A stretch of 32,000 nucleotides of DNA. Origin: Candidatus Thorarchaeota archaeon. GTDB taxonomy: Archaea; Asgardarchaeota; Heimdallarchaeia; Hodarchaeales; Hodarchaeaceae. The position numbers and the translations under genes are program-made. Positions 1-9,249 of this stretch are shown here, piece after piece (the first letter of the stretch is position 1; each line of letters opens with the position of its first letter). The DNA is taken from contig JBHLRO010000005.1 of assembly GCA_048882505.1 (NCBI GenBank), forward strand, positions 120,001 through 152,000, written 5' to 3'. Below the pieces are notes generated by a model. That model made no database searches, was not told the origin of the DNA, and saw only the letters and a list, made by a program, of their open reading frames with translations.

Positions 1-2
1 TT

Positions 3-419
3 GGGGACGATTTTGATCCTGAATTTGTTGTCGCTCAATTGATTGAACAGACGGAGCTAATTCATACACTAATTGACCATTTCTACTTCTCAAACTGGCA
101 CCTAGGTAAATACGCTACCTTATTTTTTGAAAGACCGTCATTCCCACGAACATTCGTACATATTCAAACAGTTATAGAAGAGGTTGAATACCTGTTACAA
201 AGGAATAGAGCTCCTAATGTTCGAATCTACGGTAGTTATACTGATACCGGTGAGAAATTAGTGATTGAAGGTCGCGTCTCAAAAATTGACCATGATTGGT
301 CTAGTGGGGTATTTACTATATTCATTATGGAACCTAATTCTGGAAAAGAAATCCCGGTAGGTGGGATTAGGGCGCAGTATGAAGATGTTACGGCGGATAG
401 GATCACAATATTGGATTAA
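3..419 (+). CDS. trmB: TrmB-family transcriptional regulator, C-terminal sugar-binding domain (5'-partial, runs off window edge)
   Basis: Frame is open from position 3 (GDDFDPEFVVAQLIEQ...), so the TTG at 39 is probably not the start. The C-terminus 'FPRTFVHIQTVI...VRIYGSYTDTGEKLVIEGRV...VGGIRAQYEDVTADRITIL' matches my recollection of the TrmB effector domain (G...TGE...EG.V...VGG.A..ED). It lies directly upstream of a trehalose/maltose-type ABC operon. Confidence 0.7.
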   Translation, partial: GDDFDPEFVVAQLIEQTELIHTLIDHFYFSNWHLGKYATLFFERPSFPRTFVHIQTVIEEVEYLLQRNRAPNVRIYGSYTDTGEKLVIEGRVSKIDHDWSSGVFTIFIMEPNSGKEIPVGGIRAQYEDVTADRITILD

Positions 420-516
420 TCCCTTCTCATTTAAATCTGCAAGCGGTTTATGAAGAAGAATTAGACCTCCTTTGGTATGTTATAATTGTCTCGTTAATAG
501 GAAAAACGGACATGGA

Positions 517-536
517 CAGTTTATAACTATAAACTG
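517..536. promoter_or_regulatory. Perfect 9-bp inverted repeat, candidate operator
   Basis: CAGTTTATA-AC-TATAAACTG in the trmB-malE intergenic region. Confidence 0.35.
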
Positions 537-820
537 AAGAGAGTTGAGTTTTTTTTATGGAAACGGCTGTGACCAGGTCCATTAACTCGTCGTGAAGGAA
601 ATAGAACAATGAAAAGACTGAACCAAGTTCCGAAATAGCTTAAGTAACGATTTTACGAGCTTTTCTACCTTAATTTAATAAAATAGAATCATCCGAGCCA
701 GCTGACCAATAACATAGGACAATTACTTTCAATTGGTCTTCCTCTATGTTTATGGTATAAAACAGGATCAAACCTATGTTAACTACTCCATAACTAACTC
801 GTATACCGATATCCTATCAT

Positions 821-833
821 AAAGTATTTATAG
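821..833 (+). promoter_or_regulatory. Candidate archaeal BRE/TATA promoter of the sugar ABC operon
   Basis: AAAGTA-TTTATAG: purine-rich BRE-like segment followed by TTTATA (827-832), ~115 nt upstream of the TTG at 948. Confidence 0.45.
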
Positions 834-868
834 CAGGAAAAGCCCTTTGTGGTTTACATATTCTCATA

Positions 869-887
869 ATACTACTTAAGATAGTAT
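869..887. promoter_or_regulatory. Inverted repeat downstream of TATA, candidate TrmB-type operator
   Basis: ATACTA-CTTAAGA-TAGTAT. The TACT...AGTA half-sites recall the Thermococcus TrmB site TACT-N3-AGTA, but the spacing differs. Confidence 0.35.
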
Positions 888-947
888 AATGTTCCTATTG
901 GACATAGAGAGAGAAATGTTGTAAAAGAAAATAAGGGTGTATAAAAA

Positions 948-2384
948 TTGAAAAAACTATTAGCTCTAGCACTTATGGTCGGGTTACTGGGTTTATCTTC
1001 GGCTCCAATGTTTACAGCTTCCGGAAAGGTTTCCCAAGATGTAACATTGAAAATTATTGTCTCAGATCAGCAGAAACCTGCCATAGATGGAGTGATAAGT
1101 GATTTTTTGGCAAGTAGTCTTGGAACAGGCGTTAGCGATGTTGAAGTCGTTGCGAGTGGAACACGAGCAGATGATCAATTAACCTATCTCGTGACTCAAA
1201 TGACTGCAGAAGACGATGAATTTGATGTAATTGGTCTTGATACAGTCTGGCCGGCACAATTTGCTGAAAATGGATGGATTGTAGATCTTACAGATAAATT
1301 GGACGCCAATGAAATGGATGCGTACGTTGACGGAATGGTTGATTCTTCCACATATAACGGAAAAGTATATGCCTATCCCTATTTCATGAACTTGGGGGTC
1401 CTATTTTATCGTAAAGACATGATTGCGCGCAATGGATTTACCACCAGTGATTTTGATACATGGGCCGAATTCAACGCGACCGCAAATGCAATATTGGCGA
1501 ATGCAACCGAACAAGCACTTAATCCAGATCTAGTCGGATTTGTGGGTCAGTTCGATGCCTACGAAGGAGGAGTCGTTAACTTCGTAGAATGGTTGGGAGG
1601 CAACGGGCTTACATCCCTCTTTGATGCAAACGGGAACCCCAATCTGAATACATCGGATGCCCAATATGCTATGAACTTTCTGAAAGGTTTAATAGCTCCA
1701 CGTTATACTGGTGTCCAGGATACACAGTATATCATACCTAGAAGCGCCCTCACGATGGATGAAGGTTCTTCAGTAGGTAAATGGCTTGCCGGTGAATCTA
1801 TCTTCATGAGACAATGGACATTCGCATATGGCTCCAGTGCAAGCGAGGCGGGCTTAAATGCAACCGACACAAGCGGAGACTACACACAGTTCGGGGTTGC
1901 TCCTCTTCCGACACGAAGTGGCGCTACTGATGAAAAATCCTCTTGCGTTGGTGGTGCAGTTCTCGCCATATCCAGCTTTAGCCAAAATCAAGAAGAGGCA
2001 CTAAACCTCATCCGCTACCTTGGAGATGAACACGCTCAGATTTTCGAGTTGACAGAGGTTTCAAATTTCCCAGCGTTAAAATCCGCCTATAGTAATCTTC
2101 CAACAGGATATGAGTGGGCAAACGAATTCTTCTCTGCCTTTGATAAAACTCTGGCTCGTCCAGTACATCCGAAGTACTCAGTAATCTCTACTGAAATCGC
2201 GGACAAGTTTAGCGATTTGTTAAGCGGAGTTAAATCAGTTCCTCTGGCATTGGGCGAAATGGATGAGGATATAGCTGAAGTGATTGGTGGCCGTCCAACA
2301 ACGAGTCCGATAGATCTTCCACTGATCATATTGGCTATTGGTTCGTTAGCAGCCATATTTGAGATCCGTCGAAAGAGAAAGTGA
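948..2384 (+). CDS. malE: Sugar ABC transporter substrate-binding protein, trehalose/maltose-binding (TMBP/MalE-like), C-terminally anchored
   Basis: TTG start; signal peptide with no lipobox Cys. Family-1 SBP motifs DVIGLDTVWPAQFAENGW, GKVYAYPYF, LFYRKD, YEGGVVNFVE, FMRQWTFAY, GGAVLAIS, RPVHPKY parallel T. litoralis TMBP. Ends in TM helix + RRKRK. Confidence 0.9.
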   Translation: MKKLLALALMVGLLGLSSAPMFTASGKVSQDVTLKIIVSDQQKPAIDGVISDFLASSLGTGVSDVEVVASGTRADDQLTYLVTQMTAEDDEFDVIGLDTVWPAQFAENGWIVDLTDKLDANEMDAYVDGMVDSSTYNGKVYAYPYFMNLGVLFYRKDMIARNGFTTSDFDTWAEFNATANAILANATEQALNPDLVGFVGQFDAYEGGVVNFVEWLGGNGLTSLFDANGNPNLNTSDAQYAMNFLKGLIAPRYTGVQDTQYIIPRSALTMDEGSSVGKWLAGESIFMRQWTFAYGSSASEAGLNATDTSGDYTQFGVAPLPTRSGATDEKSSCVGGAVLAISSFSQNQEEALNLIRYLGDEHAQIFELTEVSNFPALKSAYSNLPTGYEWANEFFSAFDKTLARPVHPKYSVISTEIADKFSDLLSGVKSVPLALGEMDEDIAEVIGGRPTTSPIDLPLIILAIGSLAAIFEIRRKRK

Positions 2385-2411
2385 TTTTCTCTCCCATTCT
2401 TCTTTTTTTTT
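2374..2411 (+). terminator. Hairpin over stop codon plus T9 tract (terminator/attenuator-like)
   Basis: AGAGAAA(2374-2380)/TTTCTCT(2386-2392) stem with the TGA in the loop, then a pyrimidine tract ending in 9 T (2403-2411). Confidence 0.45.
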
Positions 2412-2433
2412 GACCGCAATCGGAGGCATGATG

Positions 2434-3417
2434 ATGGGCGTTCCTACTGTTTCCAGAAAACAATTCGAAATCAATCCCCCTACCGAAAACAGATTTATTG
2501 GCGGAATGATAGTTCCTGCTGCCTTGATCTTCCTTTTTGGTATCTTGTTTCCCGTTGTCACTGGATTGGTCATTAGCTTTACGGACAGTAGCGCTATTAA
2601 TGGCTATTTTGGAAAACAGATAACTTTAGTTAATTATTATGAATTGATTTTTTATGGGGGGATAAATGGCAGGGATTTTTGGCAATTTACCTATCAAACT
2701 CTTTTCTTTTCATTTGTTGCAGTGACGTTGGAATTTCTACTGGGATTGGGGTTTGCTTTAATGCTTAACAAGGAATTCAGGGGTCGCGGAATAGCTCGTG
2801 CAACACTTCTGATCCCTTGGGCTCTTCCTACGATCGCTTCGGCCACGATTTTTAGGTATGAAATTTTTGAAACTCTGGACTCTCACGGAGTAATAAACAA
2901 TATATTAGCTATTTTTGGTCTCCGCCCGATCACTTTCTTTGGATCTGATGTTGATATCTTGTTTCAATTGCCCGTATTTTATCCGTTTGATCCATTTCTG
3001 ACCTCAATTCCGATTACTTTTACGATGGTTACAGCGATAGCGATTGATGTTTGGAAGACGACTCCCTTCTTCAGTCTCTTAATCCTGGCCGCATTGCAGG
3101 TCGTACCCGAAGACCTATACAGCGCGGCAGATATTGCAGGGGCTTCAAACTGGGAAAAATTTCGTCATATAACCTGGCCTCTAATCAAACCAGGAGTTGG
3201 AATAGCTCTCGTCTTCAGAATAATGGATGCAATCCGAGTATATGATGCCATCGTGGTTTTTCGAGATGAAAGCGTCCGATCAATGACTTACCAAGCTGTA
3301 GACTTCTGGGCAAGATCCCAAGAGTATGGTTTGGCCTCGGCAGTGGCGGTCATTGAGTTTTTATTGATCATCTTCTTTGCTTTGCTCGTAATTGCGCTAA
3401 CCAGGAGGCAAACCTGA
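2434..3417 (+). CDS. malF: Sugar ABC transporter permease (MalF-like)
   Basis: Multi-TM; LNKEFRGRGIARATLLIPWALP and EAA loop DLYSAADIAGASNWEKFRHITWP. GGAGG at 2422-2426 favours an ATG at 2428-2434 over the ORF-track start at 2359. Confidence 0.92.
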   Translation: MGVPTVSRKQFEINPPTENRFIGGMIVPAALIFLFGILFPVVTGLVISFTDSSAINGYFGKQITLVNYYELIFYGGINGRDFWQFTYQTLFFSFVAVTLEFLLGLGFALMLNKEFRGRGIARATLLIPWALPTIASATIFRYEIFETLDSHGVINNILAIFGLRPITFFGSDVDILFQLPVFYPFDPFLTSIPITFTMVTAIAIDVWKTTPFFSLLILAALQVVPEDLYSAADIAGASNWEKFRHITWPLIKPGVGIALVFRIMDAIRVYDAIVVFRDESVRSMTYQAVDFWARSQEYGLASAVAVIEFLLIIFFALLVIALTRRQT

Positions 3418-4349
3418 TGGAAAAGGCGGGTCTAGCTCCCATATCCGAGTCCACCCTTACACGACTCCGAAGAAGAAGACAAGTTTCCAGAATTTTGTTT
3501 TATGTTGGGATAGTGGTTATGTGCCTCTTCTGTGCTGGTCCTTTTATTTGGATCTTTGTGAGGTCGTTGAGGGATCCCTTTATTGCGCAAACCGATTTTG
3601 AACTTCTTCCTAAACATCCTTCGTTGGAATCGTATTTCGTGGTATTTGAAAACTCCGAATTTTATGGAGTTACATTTGACCAGGCTTTGATTAATGGCTT
3701 CATACTATCAGGTTTAACTGCGATAGTAGTGCTATTTGCCGGTTCATTCGTTGCCTATGTCCTCGCAAAATTCACGTTTCCAATGAAAGGCGTTGTAACG
3801 GTTATAATATTCGCTATGACCAGTTTACCACCACTGATAATTGTGATCCCCTACTTTATTCAGGTTAAGACTCTTTCCGATATCCTTCCAATATTGGATC
3901 TCCATGACAATCTTCTGGGATTGGTTTTGCCCTATTCGGCATTTAATCTCCCCTTATCGGTTTTCGTCCTAAGAGCGTTTTTTGAAGAAATCCCTGATGA
4001 TTTATGGAAGGCCGCCAAAGTGGACGGTGCATCGAATTTTCAGATATTTACCAAAGTAATTCTGCCATTAACGGTTCCTGGAATCTTCACAACTCTAATG
4101 TTGGTGTTTATAGCGTCTTGGAATGAGCTACTCTTTGCACAAATATGGCTTACCTCTGATGTAAATCACACCGTTCCTAGGGCAATCCTAAGGTTTGTAC
4201 AGAGTCCGCTCAGTCTACAAGCAAACTGGGATACGGATCTTGCACTCATGGCCGCAACTTCTATTGCAACAATTCCCTTAGTGATTTTAGTCCTAATATT
4301 TCAGAAACAGCTGATTAAGGGAATTACCAGTGGTGCAGTAAAAGGTTAG
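3417..4349 (+). CDS. malG: Sugar ABC transporter permease (MalG-like)
   Basis: TGATG overlap with the upstream gene; EIPDDLWKAAKVDGASNFQIFTKVILP; WNELLFA; QKQLIKGITSGAVKG C-terminus. Confidence 0.93.
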   Translation: MEKAGLAPISESTLTRLRRRRQVSRILFYVGIVVMCLFCAGPFIWIFVRSLRDPFIAQTDFELLPKHPSLESYFVVFENSEFYGVTFDQALINGFILSGLTAIVVLFAGSFVAYVLAKFTFPMKGVVTVIIFAMTSLPPLIIVIPYFIQVKTLSDILPILDLHDNLLGLVLPYSAFNLPLSVFVLRAFFEEIPDDLWKAAKVDGASNFQIFTKVILPLTVPGIFTTLMLVFIASWNELLFAQIWLTSDVNHTVPRAILRFVQSPLSLQANWDTDLALMAATSIATIPLVILVLIFQKQLIKGITSGAVKG

Positions 4350-4359
4350 GTGATACAAA

Positions 4360-5463
4360 ATGGCTGAAATTAAATTGGAAAACGTAAACAAAATCTTTGG
4401 GGGGGAAGTTCATGTTCTCAAAGACGTTGACCTTAAGATTAAAGACAAAGAATTCATGGTTCTGGTAGGGCCCAGCGGATGCGGCAAATCTACGTGCTTA
4501 AACATTATTGCGGGTCTTGAATACGTTACAGATGGAAAGATAGCTTTTGGTGAGATCGATGTTACTGAGCTGCCTCCCAAAGAACGTGAAATCGCGATGG
4601 TTTTTCAATCCTATGCCCTATATCCCCATATGAACGTTAAAGAGAATATGAGCTTCGCGTTAAAATTGGCCAAAGCCGATCAGGCCTACATTGATGAACA
4701 AGTTAGAAAGGCTGCTGAAATACTGGACATTAGCCACTTATTAGATAGAAAACCGAAGGAATTGAGTGGGGGTCAGCGACAGCGAGTCGCATTGGGCAGA
4801 TGTATAGTTCGAAATCCGCAGGTTTTTCTATTTGATGAGCCATTAAGCAATCTAGATGCAAAATTACGTACCCAAATGCGAGCTGAAATAATTAAACTGC
4901 AAAAACGTTTGGAAACCACTTTGGTTTACGTTACCCACGATCAAGTTGAAGCAATGTCGATGGCCGATCGAATTACCATTTTACATGAAGGGAAGATTCA
5001 ACAGGTCGGAACGCCTCCCGAGGTTTATAATACTCCAGCAAATGTCTTTGTAGCTGGCTTCATTGGTTCACCAACCATGAATTTCTTTGAAGCAACAATC
5101 GAAGGTAATACAATTACCTTTGGAGAAAACTCATACGCAATAACTGAAGATCTGGCCAATAAGGCAATGAAAGCCTCAAAAGAAGAGTTATATTTGGGAA
5201 TCCGTCCCGAACACATAAAGATAACCCCAGAAAGACACCAAGGGGCCATTTACGAAGTCACCGTCACAGTTGTTGAATATTTGGGTGCAGAATCTCTTAT
5301 TACCTTTGAATTTGTCGATGGAATTTCAGCAAAGGCAATCAGCGATGGACATTATAAGGCTAAACCCAACGACAAAGCATATGTATCCTTTCCCAACAAT
5401 AAAATTCATATCTTTGATAGAACCACGGAAGAAAATCTCCTGCACGAGATAACGTGGGAATAA
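4360..5463 (+). CDS. malK: Sugar ABC transporter ATP-binding protein (MalK/MsmX family)
   Basis: Walker A GPSGCGKST, VFQSYALYPH, LSGGQRQR, FDEPLSNLDA, YVTHDQVEAM, GIRPEH and C-terminal TOBE region; GGTGA SD-like motif upstream. Confidence 0.96.
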   Translation: MAEIKLENVNKIFGGEVHVLKDVDLKIKDKEFMVLVGPSGCGKSTCLNIIAGLEYVTDGKIAFGEIDVTELPPKEREIAMVFQSYALYPHMNVKENMSFALKLAKADQAYIDEQVRKAAEILDISHLLDRKPKELSGGQRQRVALGRCIVRNPQVFLFDEPLSNLDAKLRTQMRAEIIKLQKRLETTLVYVTHDQVEAMSMADRITILHEGKIQQVGTPPEVYNTPANVFVAGFIGSPTMNFFEATIEGNTITFGENSYAITEDLANKAMKASKEELYLGIRPEHIKITPERHQGAIYEVTVTVVEYLGAESLITFEFVDGISAKAISDGHYKAKPNDKAYVSFPNNKIHIFDRTTEENLLHEITWE

Positions 5464-5520
5464 TTAATATAAGATAATTCCCATCACGATCTTTATTACA
5501 TTAACAAGCCCAAAACGTGA

Positions 5521-5982
5521 GTGTTTTTGAGTAAATTTTATTCTATTACTGAAGTAATGAAAAGACATAACGCGTTGACGGGGATGGCAATCAATGACCT
5601 TGTCACCTTCGTATTTTTCTTAGTTAATCCCATTTCTCTGATTTACTGGGGAGATCTAGATTTTATTATTGGGAGCATTTGCGGATTAACTTACGCGGTT
5701 TACCACCGGAAACAATCACAAGGAGTAATATCGCTTTCACTTGTGGTGGCCATTTCTGGGGGAATTCTTTCAGCTATATCCATCTCGATTCACACGTATT
5801 TTGCGTATTATGCACTTTCCAGTCTAAATGTCTTCTTCGGTATTCATTTTTCTTTCATTTTGATGGGAGGTATCGTTGGAACTCTAATAGGGAGCATAGG
5901 AGGGCTCATAGTATACTTAGTAAACCCACGCACAACAGAAGTTTCTGATGATACCTTTAAACCATTTAAAATGCGATATTAA
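5521..5982 (+). CDS. Hypothetical membrane protein (~4 TM, Gly-rich helices)
   Basis: ORF with four hydrophobic segments. Start is GTG 5521 or ATG 5558. No family recognised. Confidence 0.65.
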   Translation: MFLSKFYSITEVMKRHNALTGMAINDLVTFVFFLVNPISLIYWGDLDFIIGSICGLTYAVYHRKQSQGVISLSLVVAISGGILSAISISIHTYFAYYALSSLNVFFGIHFSFILMGGIVGTLIGSIGGLIVYLVNPRTTEVSDDTFKPFKMRY

Positions 5983-6274
5983 AGAGGATAACAATTCCTC
6001 CAAAATCCTCAATCGTTTCCAAAACCTTTCTAATTTTCATCATTAAAATCAGCTGGGAACAATGAAACCTTCTTCTCAACTCACCGTACTGAATGCTTTC
6101 TTTAACGAAATACTTCTATCTAGCCTGATGCTGGGAATGTTTCTACCCTCTTGCCTCGGGAGGCTTATCACATAGATATTATATTCTCTGAGCTGTCATT
6201 GTTGATAAAACAGGTTATCCTGTGGCTAGATTTGCAAATTGCCAGTTTACGCTAAAATCAGACACGTGTAATGC

Positions 6275-8926
6275 TTATTCCTTAAATCTTTCATCAAGGT
6301 ACTGATCATACATTTTTGTCCAATCCTCCCATTCTGATTTTCGCTTCGTACTCATAGTCTTGGGCAGTTCGCTATTCAAAGCGAACGCGATCACAGTGTT
6401 TACAGTACGACGGGTCGTAACCCTAGCGCTCACATTAGTAATCACGAAGGAGACCACAATCCAGAAAAGAATGAGGATAGGATCTGGTGTTATCTCCATC
6501 GGAATTGAGAAGCTGATAAACCATCTTAAGAGTTCGGAACCCACGATACCTCCGATTACTCCGTAAAGTATCCCAATCGTCCCGAGAAGGAATGATTCTG
6601 CTGAAAACAGTGCAAGAGCATCTTTGAAAGGCAAACCCAGAGCCCGCAGTATTCCCATTTCTCGCTCCAGCATCAAAGATGACATGAGAGTGCTAAGGAA
6701 TTGAGCAAGGGAGGAGAGGAGAAAGGAATAAAAAATCAAGATCTGTAAAAACAACGATGTACTCGTTAAAGCGCTTCTTATTGTTTGAGCATAAAACTCT
6801 ACTGGAACGGCCTCTCGCAAGATAGGATACTCTCCGAGCAGCTGACTACCTACAATATTAGGTCCAGCACTATCGGGGGATAATGTTATAGCAAACCAGT
6901 TTGCGCTATCATCATTCCAAAGCTCCTGAAAGAGAGCACTGGACATAAACACATACTCCCCATCTTGGAGAAAAGGGTTACCAACAACAATCCCTACTAT
7001 GGTAACATCGAAATGCGAACTTTCGTTTACTTTTATCGGAATTTCGTCACCGATCCGCCCTCCGACTCGACGGTTCAAACGGTCTGCCATTATAATTCCA
7101 GGAAGCGTATTATTTAGGAGGTTTTCTATATCTACATTCAAAGGTAGAATCATATTATCCTCGATAAAATGGCCAAAGGTTTGGGGGTCGATCCCAAAAA
7201 CATACCCCTCCTTGGTACCAATCTCTGTCCTCTGTTGTTGGATAAATGATGCATTGAGGATATCTGAGTTATTAGCTGCTAGATCAGTTCCAAATTGTAA
7301 AGGTTGTCTGCTACTATCTCTCGTCTCAACCAGAAGGTCAATTTTGCCAAAGCGCTCCTCATAATAAGCCGGTACGGAATCAATCAAAGCATTAGAAACA
7401 ATTCCAATAATTAAGATAAATGTTAAAGCCAATCCAGTTACCATAATGGTAATTGTTGATTTCTGCGAGTTACGGGTAACATTACGCGTTGCTATGGTTC
7501 TGGGTACAATATTTACTCCTCTCAAAAACTTCATCCCCACCTTGGGGAGATATCTCAAAAAGCCAGTTAGGAGGAGGAACAGACCCAAAAATATTGAAGC
7601 AACGACAAAAAAGTGACCCGTAAAGAGATCCAAAGACAAAAACTCAATTGGGCCAAGGATTTGGAGTGTTACTACTCCCAACGCCGTGAAAAAAATCCCG
7701 AGTAGAAGAAATACACCGTAAGTTAGCTTTCTTGGCCTTCTAGACGATTGCCAGTGAATGTTTTGAACTGCGGGCAATCTTAGCGTCCTAAAGACGATGG
7801 GATATAGGCCTGCCGCTATTGTGATCATCATTCCCAATAAATATGTGAGGACCAGTAAGCTAGGATTGAAGGTCAGATTCAATTGAATTCTTCTAAAGTT
7901 TAAGTTTAAAAATGTAACAGATAAAATGTAAAATCCAATGCCTAGAACATGTCCAATCGTGTCCCCTAATAGGCCTATTAATAAAACCTCAATTCCTAGG
8001 ATCCAGATCATCTGTTGTTTGGAAGAACCCAAGGCCTGCAATATACCGAATTCTTTTGCCCTTTCTGACACATTAATCGTCAATATATTTGTTACAAAAA
8101 GAAACTCCACCAAGAACGATGCAATAATGATTAATCCCATTCCTATCTGGTACGCGTTTATAGCTAAAATATCTGTCTCGCTAACTTGCTTCTCTCGAAA
8201 TACCTCATAATCTAGTCCGATAAAATCTTGGATTTCGGAGGAAACGGTATTAATTGCACCGATGTCTCCGACTTCAACCGCTATATGAAAATCAATATTA
8301 TCTAGGGAAGAAAACAAACCAATCATATAGTCTAAATCAACAAGAACAAATAAGAAACCCGAGTAGCTCCCAAAATCAGTTCTATCGCTTATATAGTTCG
8401 TAACAGAAACATTAAGACCATTAAAACCAAGCTCTGGGGTTGCAGGGAGCTGGAGTATATTTCCTGGAAAAGCTCCAAGCTCTTGTGCTATAGAGAATGA
8501 AATAACGCTTGTATCTGGGAGTAGGACTTCGTCATCTATATCCTGAAGATTACTAAAATCAGGATGGGAAGAAGATTCCAGCCCGTAGAGAATTATAGTG
8601 TTCGTGATATTCTCTAAATTAGAAACATTTTTTTGAATCACAAATATGGCTACTGGACTAGCTCTCTGGATTCCATTCAATGGCTCAATGGAAGTACCCA
8701 GCTCTCTAATTCCTTGAAGCGTCGTAGACTTTTTAGGATGGACAGTTATATCTGTTAAAGTCGTTCCACGACTACGGGACGAGAAATCTGATTGAAGAGT
8801 ATCGATTGTTAGAGCGATTCCTACCTCCAATCCCACTGCTATGACTATCGCAGCGATTAGTAAGGAGGTTCTTAGGCGGTTTCGTGTCATATTTCTCCAG
8901 GCAAGCTTGTACAGCATCGCTCTCAC
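6275..8926 (-). CDS. FtsX/MacB-like (type VII ABC) permease, two-repeat architecture
   Basis: AWRNMTRNRLRTSL start; two FtsX modules with ERAKEFGILQALG and EREMGILRALG; two large extracellular domains. No adjacent ATPase. Start is GTG 8926 or ATG 8917. Confidence 0.88.
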   Translation of the reverse strand: MRAMLYKLAWRNMTRNRLRTSLLIAAIVIAVGLEVGIALTIDTLQSDFSSRSRGTTLTDITVHPKKSTTLQGIRELGTSIEPLNGIQRASPVAIFVIQKNVSNLENITNTIILYGLESSSHPDFSNLQDIDDEVLLPDTSVISFSIAQELGAFPGNILQLPATPELGFNGLNVSVTNYISDRTDFGSYSGFLFVLVDLDYMIGLFSSLDNIDFHIAVEVGDIGAINTVSSEIQDFIGLDYEVFREKQVSETDILAINAYQIGMGLIIIASFLVEFLFVTNILTINVSERAKEFGILQALGSSKQQMIWILGIEVLLIGLLGDTIGHVLGIGFYILSVTFLNLNFRRIQLNLTFNPSLLVLTYLLGMMITIAAGLYPIVFRTLRLPAVQNIHWQSSRRPRKLTYGVFLLLGIFFTALGVVTLQILGPIEFLSLDLFTGHFFVVASIFLGLFLLLTGFLRYLPKVGMKFLRGVNIVPRTIATRNVTRNSQKSTITIMVTGLALTFILIIGIVSNALIDSVPAYYEERFGKIDLLVETRDSSRQPLQFGTDLAANNSDILNASFIQQQRTEIGTKEGYVFGIDPQTFGHFIEDNMILPLNVDIENLLNNTLPGIIMADRLNRRVGGRIGDEIPIKVNESSHFDVTIVGIVVGNPFLQDGEYVFMSSALFQELWNDDSANWFAITLSPDSAGPNIVGSQLLGEYPILREAVPVEFYAQTIRSALTSTSLFLQILIFYSFLLSSLAQFLSTLMSSLMLEREMGILRALGLPFKDALALFSAESFLLGTIGILYGVIGGIVGSELLRWFISFSIPMEITPDPILILFWIVVSFVITNVSARVTTRRTVNTVIAFALNSELPKTMSTKRKSEWEDWTKMYDQYLDERFKE

Positions 8927-9249
8927 ATGTTTAGTAACTACAACGGGGGAAAGAGCCAGAAGAATTAAATATTGTCTTGATTGCGTGATGGATGTGAGCC
9001 TCGATAGGAATTAATCCAGATCCATAAAATCCGGTATTTTTCTCGGAAATCCAATCCTCCGGACTTTTTTAATTATTAAATGGAGATCTAGCCCAATAAT
9101 CCCAAGACACTGAAGCTTTTACGATCGCACAACGCTTTGGAGCTCTTTTTAATCAGAAAGATTGCTCTGAGATTCTATCCTATTCAAAAGATACGATATC
9201 GAAGGCCTTGAGCATCCAAGTTATTAGACCGATGTTTACGAGCTATAAA

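Noticed and set aside
2359-2427. ORF-track N-terminal extension of malF
   Set aside because: It overlaps the malE end and the T-tract; GGAGG supports the downstream ATGs.
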